Notes: a model not told the origin generated them from the sequence alone. A DNA stretch of 64,000 bases from a virus (IMGVR_UViG_3300020048_000002), one strand, 5' to 3'; positions 9,301 through 18,786 are shown, counted from the stretch's first letter. Translations and numbers: made by a program.

Positions 9301-9984
9301 ATGATCATCGGCGTCAGCGGAGTAGCAAACAGTGGAAAAGACACGTTTGCCCGGTTCCTCGTCGAGGACCACGGGTTCGTCGTGGTCAGCTTGGCGGACC
9401 CCCTGAAGCGCATTTGTCGAGAAATCTTTGACTTCACGGACGAACAGTTGTGGGGGCCAAGCGAGCATCGGAACCGTCCTGACCTTCGCTACCCGACGCA
9501 GAAGTGTGCAGGGTGCCAGTCTTGCGAGTTCCGGTGCGACCACTGGTACTACCTTTCGCCACGGCACGCTTTGCAGCAGCTAGGTACGAACTGGGGCCGA
9601 GACTGCTACGAGAACGTGTGGGTTGAGTACACGATGCGGGTGGCCAAGCGACTCATGACCGGCCCCTACGTCTACTCTGCAAAGGAGGGGTTGAGGGATG
9701 TACAGGGAGTCCTCGTGCCGCCAGGCACGATGGCAGCAGGCGGTGTCGCCATCCCCGACGTGCGCTTCAAGAACGAAGTCGAAGGCGTCCGAGCGGCGGG
9801 CGGAAAGGTCATCCGCATCCGTCGTCCGGGGGCTGGACTCTCGGGGGCCGCTGCCCTCCACCCGTCCGAAACAGAGCAGGCGAGCATCCCCGACGAGGCA
9901 TTCGACATCGTGGTCGAAAACAACGGGACACTTGAAGAGCTACGGGCGAAAGCGGCAGCCTTGCTGACCCACTTTCGCCCGTAG
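9301..9984 (+). CDS. deoxynucleoside monophosphate kinase (T4 gp1-like)
   Basis: IIGVSGVANSGKDT P-loop, LADPLK, SPRHALQQLGTNWGR, DVRFKNE, HPSE. Confidence 0.9.
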   Translation: MIIGVSGVANSGKDTFARFLVEDHGFVVVSLADPLKRICREIFDFTDEQLWGPSEHRNRPDLRYPTQKCAGCQSCEFRCDHWYYLSPRHALQQLGTNWGRDCYENVWVEYTMRVAKRLMTGPYVYSAKEGLRDVQGVLVPPGTMAAGGVAIPDVRFKNEVEGVRAAGGKVIRIRRPGAGLSGAAALHPSETEQASIPDEAFDIVVENNGTLEELRAKAAALLTHFRP

Positions 9985-9999
9985 AAGGAGGAAGTCAGG

Positions 10000-10353
10000 T
10001 TACGACTTCTTCGACTTCTTCGACTTGGGTGCTGCCACAGGAGCAGCCGGTTCGACAGGGGCTTCCGCTACAGCGGGGGCCTCTTCTGCCTTTGGGACAG
10101 GCTCAACGACGGCTTCAGCCTTGGGAGCTTCGGGCTCGGCAGCCTTGGGAGCTTCAGCCTTGGGGGCCGCTCCACCCTTCTCGGCGAGCGAGATCAGGTG
10201 GAGCAGGTGCTCGATGGACTTCGGTGCGATTTCAGCGGGAGCTGGGCCACCACCAAGATCAGCGATGTAGCTCTCGATGTAAGCCATCTGGAACCCCTTG
10301 CTGAGGGCCTGGGTGGCTCGAACCTTCAGTTGAGCGAGCTGTTCGGGTGTCAT
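10000..10353 (-). CDS. hypothetical protein with Ala/Pro/Glu/Lys-rich tail
   Basis: RBS AGGA; APKAE repeats; late-type motif upstream. Confidence 0.7.
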   Translation of the reverse strand: MTPEQLAQLKVRATQALSKGFQMAYIESYIADLGGGPAPAEIAPKSIEHLLHLISLAEKGGAAPKAEAPKAAEPEAPKAEAVVEPVPKAEEAPAVAEAPVEPAAPVAAPKSKKSKKS

Positions 10354-11123
10354 TGTGGTGTTCCTGCTACCGATGTAGTCTTGATAAGACGATCTACGAC
10401 CACATCGAAGGTCTCACGCTGGTAGCCTGAGACTTCGTCTGCACCGGAAGTAGACTCGATCGGCGGGAACCCGTCTTGCTTTGGGGGCGGGGGCGGCAAA
10501 AATACCGTGTCGTCGAAGCTGGGCTTGTTGGCCGCATACCAACGCTGAGCCAGCCCCACACGACTTGCGGACTCCTTTGCCCCGCTCTTGCAGTTGCCGG
10601 AAGCGTAGATCCGCAGCCAGTCCTTGGGGTTGGGACCACAGGATCCGAACGACAAGCGGAGCAACCGGAGTCCCGCTCGGATGCACTTCTTGCGGTCGGC
10701 CAACACTTCTTTTGCCGTCCACCCTTCTTCGAGATCCTCCTTGGGATCGGCGGGGTAGGCGGGACGGTTCAGAACCTTGTTCCACTTCATCGTCTTGCCC
10801 TTGCCGATGTTGAGTTGCATCAGGCAGACGGAGTTTCCGTTATCACCCTTCGAGAGTTTCCCGAGACCGAGATCGACGTCCCGTCGAAACCCTGACTCGT
10901 GAAACATGACGCTGAGAATGAGTGCTGAGGTACGCAGTTTCCCATCGGGTCCCTTGAACAAGGGCTTCTCGTCCTTCAGCACTTCGGCAATGTCGGCTGC
11001 GATCGACTCATACCGGACTTGCCCTTCCTCGACCGTTTCTTTTGCCTCCGGGATGTAGTGGGGTCGAGTCAAAGGAGCCTTCGCCAGCATGAAGGCAACC
11101 AACCAGTTCATCAATTGCTGCAT
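10350..11123 (-). CDS. lysozyme/SLT-like fold protein (myxobacterial-type)
   Basis: HESGFRRDVD (catalytic-Glu-like), CLMQL, hydrophobic N-terminus. Confidence 0.6.
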   Translation of the reverse strand: MQQLMNWLVAFMLAKAPLTRPHYIPEAKETVEEGQVRYESIAADIAEVLKDEKPLFKGPDGKLRTSALILSVMFHESGFRRDVDLGLGKLSKGDNGNSVCLMQLNIGKGKTMKWNKVLNRPAYPADPKEDLEEGWTAKEVLADRKKCIRAGLRLLRLSFGSCGPNPKDWLRIYASGNCKSGAKESASRVGLAQRWYAANKPSFDDTVFLPPPPPKQDGFPPIESTSGADEVSGYQRETFDVVVDRLIKTTSVAGTPQ

Positions 11124-11386
11124 CGTAGACCTCTAGTGTTTCATGGGGCGAAACCCCCAAGGGGCCGTGCTGGGTGAAGGCGAACCTCTTAGCCCATCAC
11201 GGCGAGCTAGACAAGCTAGGTCCAAGCCGTATTGCCAAAGGATAAGTAAATCTTCAGCTTAGGTAAGTGCTTGGTATATGGTTTGCAAAGGATTGGGGGT
11301 TCCTTGGGGTCTATCTTCTACCCCCTGCGAACAAGGGCCAAATTCTCTGAGGTACTTCGTGATGCCTTGGTGTAGAACAGAAGGCG

Positions 11387-11887
11387 ATGAAGTCTCGTCT
11401 CGGATCTCTACACCAAATGCTTGGGGGAGCCCTTACGGCTGAACAGAAAGAGCTGTACACCGAAGCTCCTCGCAAACGAGGATTTCTTTTTCCGGTGGGG
11501 GCAAAGGTCGAACAAGAGGCCACTCTTTTCCAGGCCGTCTTTGTTCTCGCCCTGGCTTCCACGGCGATCGACTCCGGGGCTGCGACACACTCCCCCGTTT
11601 ACCTTTTCCTGCCAAAGCACTTGGAGAAGTGGGGCAACGAGGAGATCCGGAAAAACCTCATGGCCATCTTTGCTCACTGCAAGGAGCACCGAAAACCCGA
11701 CTTGGCCCGGCACTTGGGAGCGATGGCCAAGCACATCTACGTGGGTAGCCGTGTGACGCCTTCGATGAAGGCTCCGGACAAGTGGGTGGCCTACGGGTTC
11801 GACGATAGCCCTCATGTGCCGAAATGGCTCACAGAGGCGATGCTTCCGGTGTATGCCTTCCCCGAAGACGATGACCCCACAGGATGA
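11387..11887 (+). CDS. hypothetical protein
   Basis: ATG 12 nt after GGTGTA. Confidence 0.65.
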   Translation: MKSRLGSLHQMLGGALTAEQKELYTEAPRKRGFLFPVGAKVEQEATLFQAVFVLALASTAIDSGAATHSPVYLFLPKHLEKWGNEEIRKNLMAIFAHCKEHRKPDLARHLGAMAKHIYVGSRVTPSMKAPDKWVAYGFDDSPHVPKWLTEAMLPVYAFPEDDDPTG

Positions 11888-12782
11888 CCTCTACGATGAC
11901 TGGAAGGCGCTGGGCTACGTTCGATCGAAGCCTAGCAAGGCTCCAGTTGAAGTACCGGTCCCGAGGATAGGACCCGCCTTGGCTTGGCTTGGTGCGCTAG
12001 GGGAGGGTGGAGATCCCATTCTCGCCGTACCGGGGCAAGGCCCTCAATCACGAGGGGGCTTCTACAACCAGATCGACATCGCCCATTGGACGATCGAACG
12101 GTCCAACCCACGTTCTTGGATCCACGAGGATTTCGCCGACAACTGGTTCCATCGGGTCAGCCGTCTCCAGCCAGACCAGCCTGACGAACACAGGACCCCA
12201 ATCGCCTGGGCTTGGCTGTGGGAGCTGGTTCGTGTGGAAGGGCTTATCGTAGAGGAGCCCATCGGGTCGATGGTAGACAAGGCGTACAGTCTCCCGCACG
12301 ACTTGATGCGGATGCTTTTCGCCTGTCGGTTTCTGGCCATCGAGGACGCCTCTCCCCTCGAACAGGCTCAGTGTTTCATGTCCTTTGTCCGGTGGTTCAC
12401 GGGACAGACCTCGGAAAGCGACGAGAGGATCATCCGAGAGGCCGGAGTATGTCGTTATCCCACGAGTCTCGCCGACCGGTTCGATCTGGTCCTCCTGCTT
12501 CTCGACCTCGCCGAACAGAACGGCATTTTCGCTAAGATCGTGTTCGTGTTCGACGATCTGGAATCGGCGGGACACACGAGCAAACGGCAGACGCTCAAAG
12601 ATCTCTACACCCTCATCCAAGCGGTGCGGAGAGCAGCCCAGACGACAAGCAACTCTACCGGAGTTCTACTTGGGCTTGATCCAAGAAGGCTTTCTCTCGT
12701 GCGCAAGCAGCACCCAAAGCTAGCCATGGAGATCTCCAAGGGCCTCCAGTGGACGGCGAATCCTTCTAAGGACGGACTCTAG
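11871..12782 (+). CDS. hypothetical protein (degenerate P-loop-like)
   Basis: IVFVFDDLE resembles Walker B, no Walker A; ATG 11871 after GGTGTA. Confidence 0.6.
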   Translation: MTPQDDLYDDWKALGYVRSKPSKAPVEVPVPRIGPALAWLGALGEGGDPILAVPGQGPQSRGGFYNQIDIAHWTIERSNPRSWIHEDFADNWFHRVSRLQPDQPDEHRTPIAWAWLWELVRVEGLIVEEPIGSMVDKAYSLPHDLMRMLFACRFLAIEDASPLEQAQCFMSFVRWFTGQTSESDERIIREAGVCRYPTSLADRFDLVLLLLDLAEQNGIFAKIVFVFDDLESAGHTSKRQTLKDLYTLIQAVRRAAQTTSNSTGVLLGLDPRRLSLVRKQHPKLAMEISKGLQWTANPSKDGL

Positions 12783-12786
12783 TACG

Positions 12787-13314
12787 ATGCCTGAACTGCC
12801 TCGAACCCGTGACGTGGTGGTGCTCTTTAAGGGAGACTCCTACACTGTCCTCGTCGATGACTTGATGCGCTCAAGCGGGTGGCAAGGGGGCCAAGCGGTC
12901 AAGTGGACGGACTCTCCTCGGGACGAGTTCCTGGTCACCTACTCGGACGGGCTCTACGGAGGGTTCCTCCTCTGGGGCTCGAAAGAGTCTTCCGATCATT
13001 TCATCGCCATCGAAGAACAGCAACCAAAGTACGGGTACGCCACGTTGTGTCTCGGCGGGTGGCTCATGAGCACCCGCACGTTCGAGCGATACACGTACGC
13101 ATCTCGTACCGGAGGTGGACCGCTGGTACCTATCACCTACACGGTTGGGCAGCGGCTCCTCTTCGGCCTCCGGGGTTACTGGACCAACGAAGATGAATGG
13201 ACGCTCTCAGGAGACCCGAGAGCGCCAAACGGGTACTACATTGGTAGTGTGGTTCAAGCGCCAGCTCCCAATGAGCTTGGCGTCTACTACATGATGATCC
13301 AGACTTCGATCTAG
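12787..13314 (+). CDS. hypothetical protein, possibly virion-associated
   Basis: Gly/aromatic-rich beta-type sequence; late-like motif upstream. Confidence 0.6.
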   Translation: MPELPRTRDVVVLFKGDSYTVLVDDLMRSSGWQGGQAVKWTDSPRDEFLVTYSDGLYGGFLLWGSKESSDHFIAIEEQQPKYGYATLCLGGWLMSTRTFERYTYASRTGGGPLVPITYTVGQRLLFGLRGYWTNEDEWTLSGDPRAPNGYYIGSVVQAPAPNELGVYYMMIQTSI

Positions 13315-14103
13315 TCAGACAATCTTGCCGACCTCAAGGTGCATACCATCTGGCCTATTTTGATAAAATCCGCCCCAGTAGAAGCCGTGTTCCACGGCCA
13401 GCGGAACAAGCCTTCGCACGGAACCCTTAGCGCCAACAAGGGCCGGAACAGCACCTAAGCCGTTCCACGCAACGTTGACATCGAAGGCTGTCCCCCAACT
13501 ATGGTTGGAGAGGACAGATCGGCTCCCTCGAATGAAGCGAGGAACCCACGAGCCCCCGTACGAGAGTACGAGAGGAAGTAGGCCCGCCTTTTCCCAGGCT
13601 GCCCACAGAGCTTGAAGTTGAGCAGCGGCCTTGACGTGGAACTGGATGCGCCCGTCCTTGGGTGCTCCTTGAACCCCTCGGAGTTGGGGAATCTCAACCC
13701 AGTCGATGTTGGTCTTGGCCCAATCGTCCGTGATTTGAATACCCTCCGGATTGACTGCGGAAGGGCTGGGGACGTAGGAAAACTTCCCAAAGAGCCGCTC
13801 CCGACTCGCTTGATTGACCGGGCTCAGGTCTTTCGGCACGGGGGGCCAGTTGGGGCCACTCTCGTCCGTCGACTTGTCCTCTACTCCAGGGAAGCCGAGC
13901 GTCATCGCCAGAGCGTACGTACGGGGACCTACAACACCGTCAGCCACCAGCCCGTTCGCTCGCTGGAACTCCGACGTAGCTCGTTTAGTCTTGTCGTCGA
14001 ACACACCGTCGACCTCGACGTTGTAGTACCCAAGACCACACAGAAAGTTCTCCCACGCCATAACGGAGATCCCCCGATCCCCGAGCCGAATCACATTCAT
14101 CAC
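13315..14103 (-). CDS. endolysin: PG-binding domain + M15 family peptidase
   Basis: VDGVFD..T..A..FQ..NGL.ADGVVGP.T; R...SNHSWGTAFD...DGMHLE. Confidence 0.9.
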   Translation of the reverse strand: MMNVIRLGDRGISVMAWENFLCGLGYYNVEVDGVFDDKTKRATSEFQRANGLVADGVVGPRTYALAMTLGFPGVEDKSTDESGPNWPPVPKDLSPVNQASRERLFGKFSYVPSPSAVNPEGIQITDDWAKTNIDWVEIPQLRGVQGAPKDGRIQFHVKAAAQLQALWAAWEKAGLLPLVLSYGGSWVPRFIRGSRSVLSNHSWGTAFDVNVAWNGLGAVPALVGAKGSVRRLVPLAVEHGFYWGGFYQNRPDGMHLEVGKIV

Positions 14104-14112
14104 ACACTCCCT

Positions 14113-14490
14113 TTAGGGCAATATACCCGAAAATCGGGCTACCACTCGACTCGCTGGATTCAGCTTTTGCTCCATCTCTAGGAGAGCTTGGTAGTCCTGG
14201 ACTTCTTCGTCCGTGTACCCGAGCAAACGGCTGAAATCTAGGCTTCCGTACACACCACCGCGTTCAAGGTAGTGAATGAGGGGGCGTGCATCGGCCTCGC
14301 ACTTCGCGAAGATGTCCACCCCCTTCACGTTGCAGGTGAACAGGCCGAGTTGTCGGGCTAGAACCATGTCCCGCCCCGAGTCCCCCTCGATCCCGACGAG
14401 ACACCGCCCCGACAGCACGTCTTCCAACGTGTGCTGCTTTTCTAGGCAGCGTCGGTACAGGGCTTGGTATTCCGTCAGGTTCGCTTTCAT
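14113..14490 (-). CDS. hypothetical protein with C-terminal ASRVVARF tag
   Basis: ATGA overlap with the upstream gene; SRLLGYTDEEV motif. Confidence 0.65.
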   Translation of the reverse strand: MKANLTEYQALYRRCLEKQHTLEDVLSGRCLVGIEGDSGRDMVLARQLGLFTCNVKGVDIFAKCEADARPLIHYLERGGVYGSLDFSRLLGYTDEEVQDYQALLEMEQKLNPASRVVARFSGILP

Positions 14491-15452
14491 CGAACTGCCC
14501 TCGTGAACTTGCTCGCCACCCGTTGCTTCATGCAGGGGTAGTTGGAACCGCAGCCACAGTCGCAACCGCTCCCGCAATCCCCACCGCAGTCGCAGCTTGC
14601 CTCGATGATCCGGTGAAGCTCTCCGCGAACCTCGTCTGCGTGCTCACCGAGGGCGTCGTAGAACCGCTCGGCCACTTGCTCGGGCATCCCTGCCATCTCC
14701 ATGTCTCGGATCCCATCCCGCATCCGCTTGCCCCGGTAGGCCGACGCGAGATCGTTCACAAGCTCGTGGTCGATGAAGTTCGCTTGGCGAGCGTAGGATG
14801 CTTTTTTGACCACCATAAAAGGCTCTTTCGTCAATGCTTTTACTAGGTAGACAAACAACTTAGAGCCGGAAATGGGTGGTTCTAGCGAGCGAAAACCGCC
14901 CGTGTGATCGGAACGCACTCGTTCCCAACCACTCTTGCCAGGGGTCGTGTGTCGATAGAAGGTCAGGCCGTCTCTAGTGCCAATGACGGCACCGACCGGT
15001 AGAGCGTTGACCTGCTCAATAGTAAGGGGTTCAACGGCAGCCGTCTTATCGGCCTTCTCGTCCGCACGGTCCATTTGGTCCCGCACCTTCTCGGCCCACG
15101 TCTTGCCGGGGTCGCCGCCCCAAAGCAACCATGCGACGTGCCCCTTGTCCTTCCACGGGGTGCCCTTGTTCTCGGGGGAGATCCCCTTGTTCTTCTCGTG
15201 CCGGGAGAAGAAGGCGCACATTTGCCGGATGACCTCCGGGCTCACGTTCGTCCGGTTCTTGAGGTTCGTGGCCCGCTGAACGCCGGAACCAATCCCCTGC
15301 TTGGACGCTTCAGCCGGTGTAAGCCCACCCTTGTCAGATGGGTTCGCCTTCTTGCGGTACTCCAAACCTTTTTCCGCCTCGGCTGCAACCGATTTGGGCG
15401 GCGTGAAGTCAATATGCTCGTACTTCTTGGGAGCGGCAGCTTCGCGGAACAT
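14487..15452 (-). CDS. multi-module putative head-associated protein
   Basis: The N-terminal FTPP..V..EA.KGL...FFSRHE...AWLLWGGD.G..WA domain is typical of phage head/prohead proteins; modules joined by KTAA/KKAS/RQA linkers. Confidence 0.65.
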   Translation of the reverse strand: MFREAAAPKKYEHIDFTPPKSVAAEAEKGLEYRKKANPSDKGGLTPAEASKQGIGSGVQRATNLKNRTNVSPEVIRQMCAFFSRHEKNKGISPENKGTPWKDKGHVAWLLWGGDPGKTWAEKVRDQMDRADEKADKTAAVEPLTIEQVNALPVGAVIGTRDGLTFYRHTTPGKSGWERVRSDHTGGFRSLEPPISGSKLFVYLVKALTKEPFMVVKKASYARQANFIDHELVNDLASAYRGKRMRDGIRDMEMAGMPEQVAERFYDALGEHADEVRGELHRIIEASCDCGGDCGSGCDCGCGSNYPCMKQRVASKFTRAVR

Positions 15453-15485
15453 GCTATCAAGGCTCTCCTATTAGAGAAACAACGG

Positions 15486-15641
15486 ATGCTCCCAGGGTTC
15501 ATCATCGATGAAATCCGCCGTCGAGAGAAGCGGCGAGAAGAACGCCCTCAGCTAGAGCTACCGTTACCCACACTGCCCCAACGCCCGAAACCGGTCGACG
15601 AGGACGACCGAGATCGAGGTGTGGTGATCATCGACGTGTAA
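15486..15641 (+). CDS. small hypothetical protein (MLPxFII...RGVxIID type)
   Basis: 51 aa; resembles small myxobacterial proteins (from recall). Confidence 0.55.
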   Translation: MLPGFIIDEIRRREKRREERPQLELPLPTLPQRPKPVDEDDRDRGVVIIDV

Positions 15642-15665
15642 AGTTCTTCTAGGGAAACCATTGAC

Positions 15666-15983
15666 ATGAGCTACGACCGAAGAGCAGGCGCGGTACGCAC
15701 CGTGACAACGAGGAAGTCCATGGAGATCGAGGGCCAGGACATCCTCTCTGCCCTCCTGATGGACCGCAACGCTCAATCGGTCCTTCTTCCGGGCAACCGT
15801 CCATCCCCGCCCACCATCGAGTTTCTCAAGCCCACACGAGACGGTGCCCTAGCAGAGTTCGAGGCGTACCCTCGCTTTGAAGGGGGTGCCTACATCAAGG
15901 GCTGGGTGGTCCCGGCCAACGTACAAGCAGGGTCGAGCAGCAGCTCCTTTGGCCTCGAAATCAAATTTACCATCGTCTTTTGA
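15666..15983 (+). CDS. hypothetical protein
   Basis: 105-aa ORF. Confidence 0.55.
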   Translation: MSYDRRAGAVRTVTTRKSMEIEGQDILSALLMDRNAQSVLLPGNRPSPPTIEFLKPTRDGALAEFEAYPRFEGGAYIKGWVVPANVQAGSSSSSFGLEIKFTIVF

Positions 15984-15987
15984 CCGC

Positions 15988-16016
15988 TTGACGTGACTGG
16001 TCGCCTCTAGTAACGT
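15988..16016 (+). promoter_or_regulatory. sigma70 promoter TTGACG-N17-TAACGT
   Basis: Near-consensus -35/-10 upstream of 16064. Confidence 0.6.
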
Positions 16017-16063
16017 ATGCCTCGGGCCACTTCAGGCCCCACAGCACACACACGGAGTACACC

Positions 16064-16258
16064 ATGTCTGACAGCAAGCCGTTCGAGATTCGCGCCTCTC
16101 TTCTGCATCTGGCCAAGGACGTTCTCTCGCAGAACGCCCACATGCAGTTCGAGAGCGCGAAGGCTCAGGGGCGTCCAGGGGAATGGCCCGCCGTGACGTC
16201 CGAGAACATCATCGCAGAGGCCGAGAAGCTCTACGGATTCGTCTCCAAGACACGTTGA
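16064..16258 (+). CDS. small conserved phage protein (PFEIR..LL.LAK...IIAEAEKLY.FV family)
   Basis: RBS GGAG; own promoter and terminator. Confidence 0.75.
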   Translation: MSDSKPFEIRASLLHLAKDVLSQNAHMQFESAKAQGRPGEWPAVTSENIIAEAEKLYGFVSKTR

Positions 16259-16278
16259 CGAACGTTCCGTAGAAATCC

Positions 16279-16317
16279 GACCCGGTGGGCAAGTCCTACC
16301 GGGTCGTTTTCATTTCG
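16279..16317 (+). terminator. rho-independent terminator
   Basis: CGACCCGGTGGG-loop-CCTACCGGGTCG followed by TTTTCATTT. Confidence 0.8.
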
Positions 16318-16349
16318 ACCCGCCGTAAGTTCGGGGTAAATACCCCATC

Positions 16350-17282
16350 GTGCAGAACAGTCACATCCTCTCCGTCACACAGTTTCAGGCGTCGGATCTT
16401 CAGCGGCTTTTTTACTACGCCGACCAAATCGCCAGCTCCAAGCCGCACGAGTACCGAGACGTCCTAGCGGGTCTGACCCTCGCCTGCGTCTTCTACGAGC
16501 CTTCAACTCGTACCTCGTCGAGCTTTATCGCAGCGATGTCGAAGCTCGGGGGCAACGTCATCCCGATCACCCAGGGGGTCCAGTTTTCCTCGGTGAGCAA
16601 GGGTGAAACGCTAGAGGACACTATCACTACGCTCGGCCAGTATGCCGACGCCATCGTGCTCAGGCACCCCGAGACGGGGGCGGTTCAACGTGCGGCCAAG
16701 ACAAGCCCCGTTCCTGTCATCAACGCCGGGGATGGAATCGGGGAGCATCCGACTCAAGCGTTCACGGATCTCTACACGATCCGTCGAGAGCTTGGCCGCC
16801 TTGAAAACCTCCACGTCGCATTTGTTGGAGACTTGGCCTACGGACGCACGGTTCACTCTCTAGTGCGTCTACTCACCCTGTACCCCAACATTCGAGTCAG
16901 CTTGATCTCGCCCGAAAGGCTCATCCTCGATGCCCACATCCGGTCCGAGTGCGCCTCGATCATCGTGACCGAAACGGCCGTGGAAAAGAGCCTGCACGAG
17001 GCCGTCGACATCCTCGAAGATGTCGACGTGGTTTACATGACCCGTGTGCAAAAGGAGAGGTTCATCTCTCCCGATGAGTACGCTCAGGTCAAGGACTCGT
17101 GTCTCTTGACCCCGGAGATCATGGGGATGTTGAAACTTGAGGCCCGTGTCCTGCACCCCCTCCCCAGGGTCAACGAGATCCCCGCCGTGCTCGACACGGA
17201 TCCTCGATCGGCTTATTTCCGGCAAGTCAAGAACGGGCTTTGGACTCGCATGGGGCTTCTGGCCATTCTTTTTGGGAAATGA
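16350..17282 (+). CDS. pyrB: aspartate carbamoyltransferase catalytic subunit
   Basis: FYEPSTRTSSSF, SKGETLEDT, NAGDGIGEHPTQ, YMTRVQKER, HPLPR. Confidence 0.95.
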   Translation: MQNSHILSVTQFQASDLQRLFYYADQIASSKPHEYRDVLAGLTLACVFYEPSTRTSSSFIAAMSKLGGNVIPITQGVQFSSVSKGETLEDTITTLGQYADAIVLRHPETGAVQRAAKTSPVPVINAGDGIGEHPTQAFTDLYTIRRELGRLENLHVAFVGDLAYGRTVHSLVRLLTLYPNIRVSLISPERLILDAHIRSECASIIVTETAVEKSLHEAVDILEDVDVVYMTRVQKERFISPDEYAQVKDSCLLTPEIMGMLKLEARVLHPLPRVNEIPAVLDTDPRSAYFRQVKNGLWTRMGLLAILFGK

Positions 17283-17292
17283 TCGGAGCCGG

Positions 17293-17322
17293 TTGATTTT
17301 GACCTCTTCCGAGTCGTACTAG
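17293..17322 (+). promoter_or_regulatory. early-class promoter TTGATT-N18-TACTAG
   Basis: Nearly identical to 3691-3720. Confidence 0.6.
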
Positions 17323-17337
17323 GGGAGGAGGTACGTT

Positions 17338-17499
17338 ATGAAGGTTGGGAAAAAGGAACAGGGTCAGGAAGTAGGCTCGAAGATGGTCGTGATTCGTCAC
17401 GGCCGGGCCTCTCGCCGGGCTGTGAACCGGATCGAGAAGGCTGCCGAGGTGCGAGTCCGCCAGGCGGGTCGCAAGGCTTGTCGGGAGGTGGAGGCGTGA
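17338..17499 (+). CDS. small basic protein (53 aa, not in the ORF track)
   Basis: RBS GGAGG; MKVGKKEQ...ACREVEA; GTGA overlap with the next gene. Confidence 0.6.
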   Translation: MKVGKKEQGQEVGSKMVVIRHGRASRRAVNRIEKAAEVRVRQAGRKACREVEA

Positions 17500-17699
17500 T
17501 CCCCGGCGAGACGATCCTCTCCGGGGGTGCCTGCACCTGCCCGGACTGCGGGGTCCGCCCCGTCCTCCAGGTCTGCCGCTCGGCGGCGGGCTACTACTTG
17601 GGGACGTGGTGCGATTGTGGTCCGTACTCTCGCGAGTCGGACTACTTCAACACCCGCGAGGAGGCCGAGGAGGCCCTCAACTCGGGGGTCATGTCGTGA
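17496..17699 (+). CDS. small Cys-rich protein (SAAGYY.G...PYSRES family)
   Basis: GTG start overlapping the upstream stop. Confidence 0.7.
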   Translation: MIPGETILSGGACTCPDCGVRPVLQVCRSAAGYYLGTWCDCGPYSRESDYFNTREEAEEALNSGVMS

Positions 17700-18007
17700 G
17701 TCAGGTGAAGTTCCGGTCTGCCCTTGGAGGCAAGTTCGTCGACGTCATGGGCGGCTGGGACCGCCCTCTCCAAGAGTTCTTCCTCACGGTGTTCAACCTC
17801 GAATGCGCCGAGGATGCCGACACCGACGTGATCTGGTCCAGCATTGACGACCCGTCCGAAGCGGATCGTTGCGGAACAGATAGGCTTCGAGCCAAGCTCA
17901 AGGCGTTCGGGATTACTCCCCCAACGGACTTCTGGGAGCAAGTCGAACGCCGTGAAGGCAACATCACCCACGTCTACACGGACGATGGGGGTTGGACGAG
18001 CTACTAG
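17696..18007 (+). CDS. hypothetical protein (GWDRPLQ.FF family)
   Basis: GTGA overlap with the upstream gene. Confidence 0.65.
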   Translation: MSQVKFRSALGGKFVDVMGGWDRPLQEFFLTVFNLECAEDADTDVIWSSIDDPSEADRCGTDRLRAKLKAFGITPPTDFWEQVERREGNITHVYTDDGGWTSY

Positions 18008-18786
18008 GCTGACGGCACGTCCGAGGCCGTAATGGTGACCCGAGGTAACACAACGACTCGCTCCGTTGGCTCGGGCACCCCAGGTTGGCGGAGCACAGCA
18101 AGCGGCCCCTCGTGACTCACGAGGTAGCAAAGGGCGGGGTCCGTGAGCACGTAGCTGAGGAGCGTCTGCTCCCCGTCGACCCGACATACCATGCCGACCG
18201 TTCGGTGGATCTGAGAATAGTCTACGTGAGCGTAGTCGTGGGCTGTGGCACTTGGCTGGATGACGCTGTAGGGGAGGCCCGAGTCACAACGGTAGCCTTT
18301 GATCCCCTGATAGCTCGTCCCCTCGAAGTGCCACCCGTAGTTCAGGGCCTTCGTGGTTGTGCCCTTCAGCTCGTTCGAGATGCACCAGTACTTGCCTACC
18401 GTGTCCACCAACTGATCCGGTGTGTACCCTGGGATTTTCGCTAGAGCCGAGCTGACCTTCTGGCTGTGGTCCAGCATCGCTGACGTGGCCGACGTGATGG
18501 GTCGGGGTTGAGGACCAATCCGCAACTTTGTCGCATTGTAGACGAGATCAGCGATCTTCGGCGTCATGAGCATCGCCCCGGTCAGGTCGGCGATCTGCTG
18601 CGACAGCCGAGCCGACACGTTGACTCGACAACCCTCGACCTTGAGAGCATCGGCTTGCACGTCGAGTTCGACGGTGTGCCCCTTTTCGGTGTAAGTCAGC
18701 GTGACCCAGGTATGCTCAAAGTCTCCCTCTTTGACCGCATCGAGGATGTAGGCTTCACGGGCTCCGATGTCGCTGGGAAAGGTCAT
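18004..18786 (-). CDS. hypothetical enzyme-like protein (YGWH...IQP...H...DYSQ)
   Basis: Conserved-looking His motifs; possibly envelope-related (inference). Confidence 0.6.
   Translation of the reverse strand: MTFPSDIGAREAYILDAVKEGDFEHTWVTLTYTEKGHTVELDVQADALKVEGCRVNVSARLSQQIADLTGAMLMTPKIADLVYNATKLRIGPQPRPITSATSAMLDHSQKVSSALAKIPGYTPDQLVDTVGKYWCISNELKGTTTKALNYGWHFEGTSYQGIKGYRCDSGLPYSVIQPSATAHDYAHVDYSQIHRTVGMVCRVDGEQTLLSYVLTDPALCYLVSHEGPLAVLRQPGVPEPTERVVVLPRVTITASDVPSA

Noticed and set aside
11240-11290. AT-rich patch with an IHF-like site (possible origin or att site)
   Set aside because: Single imperfect match with no iterons or integrase nearby
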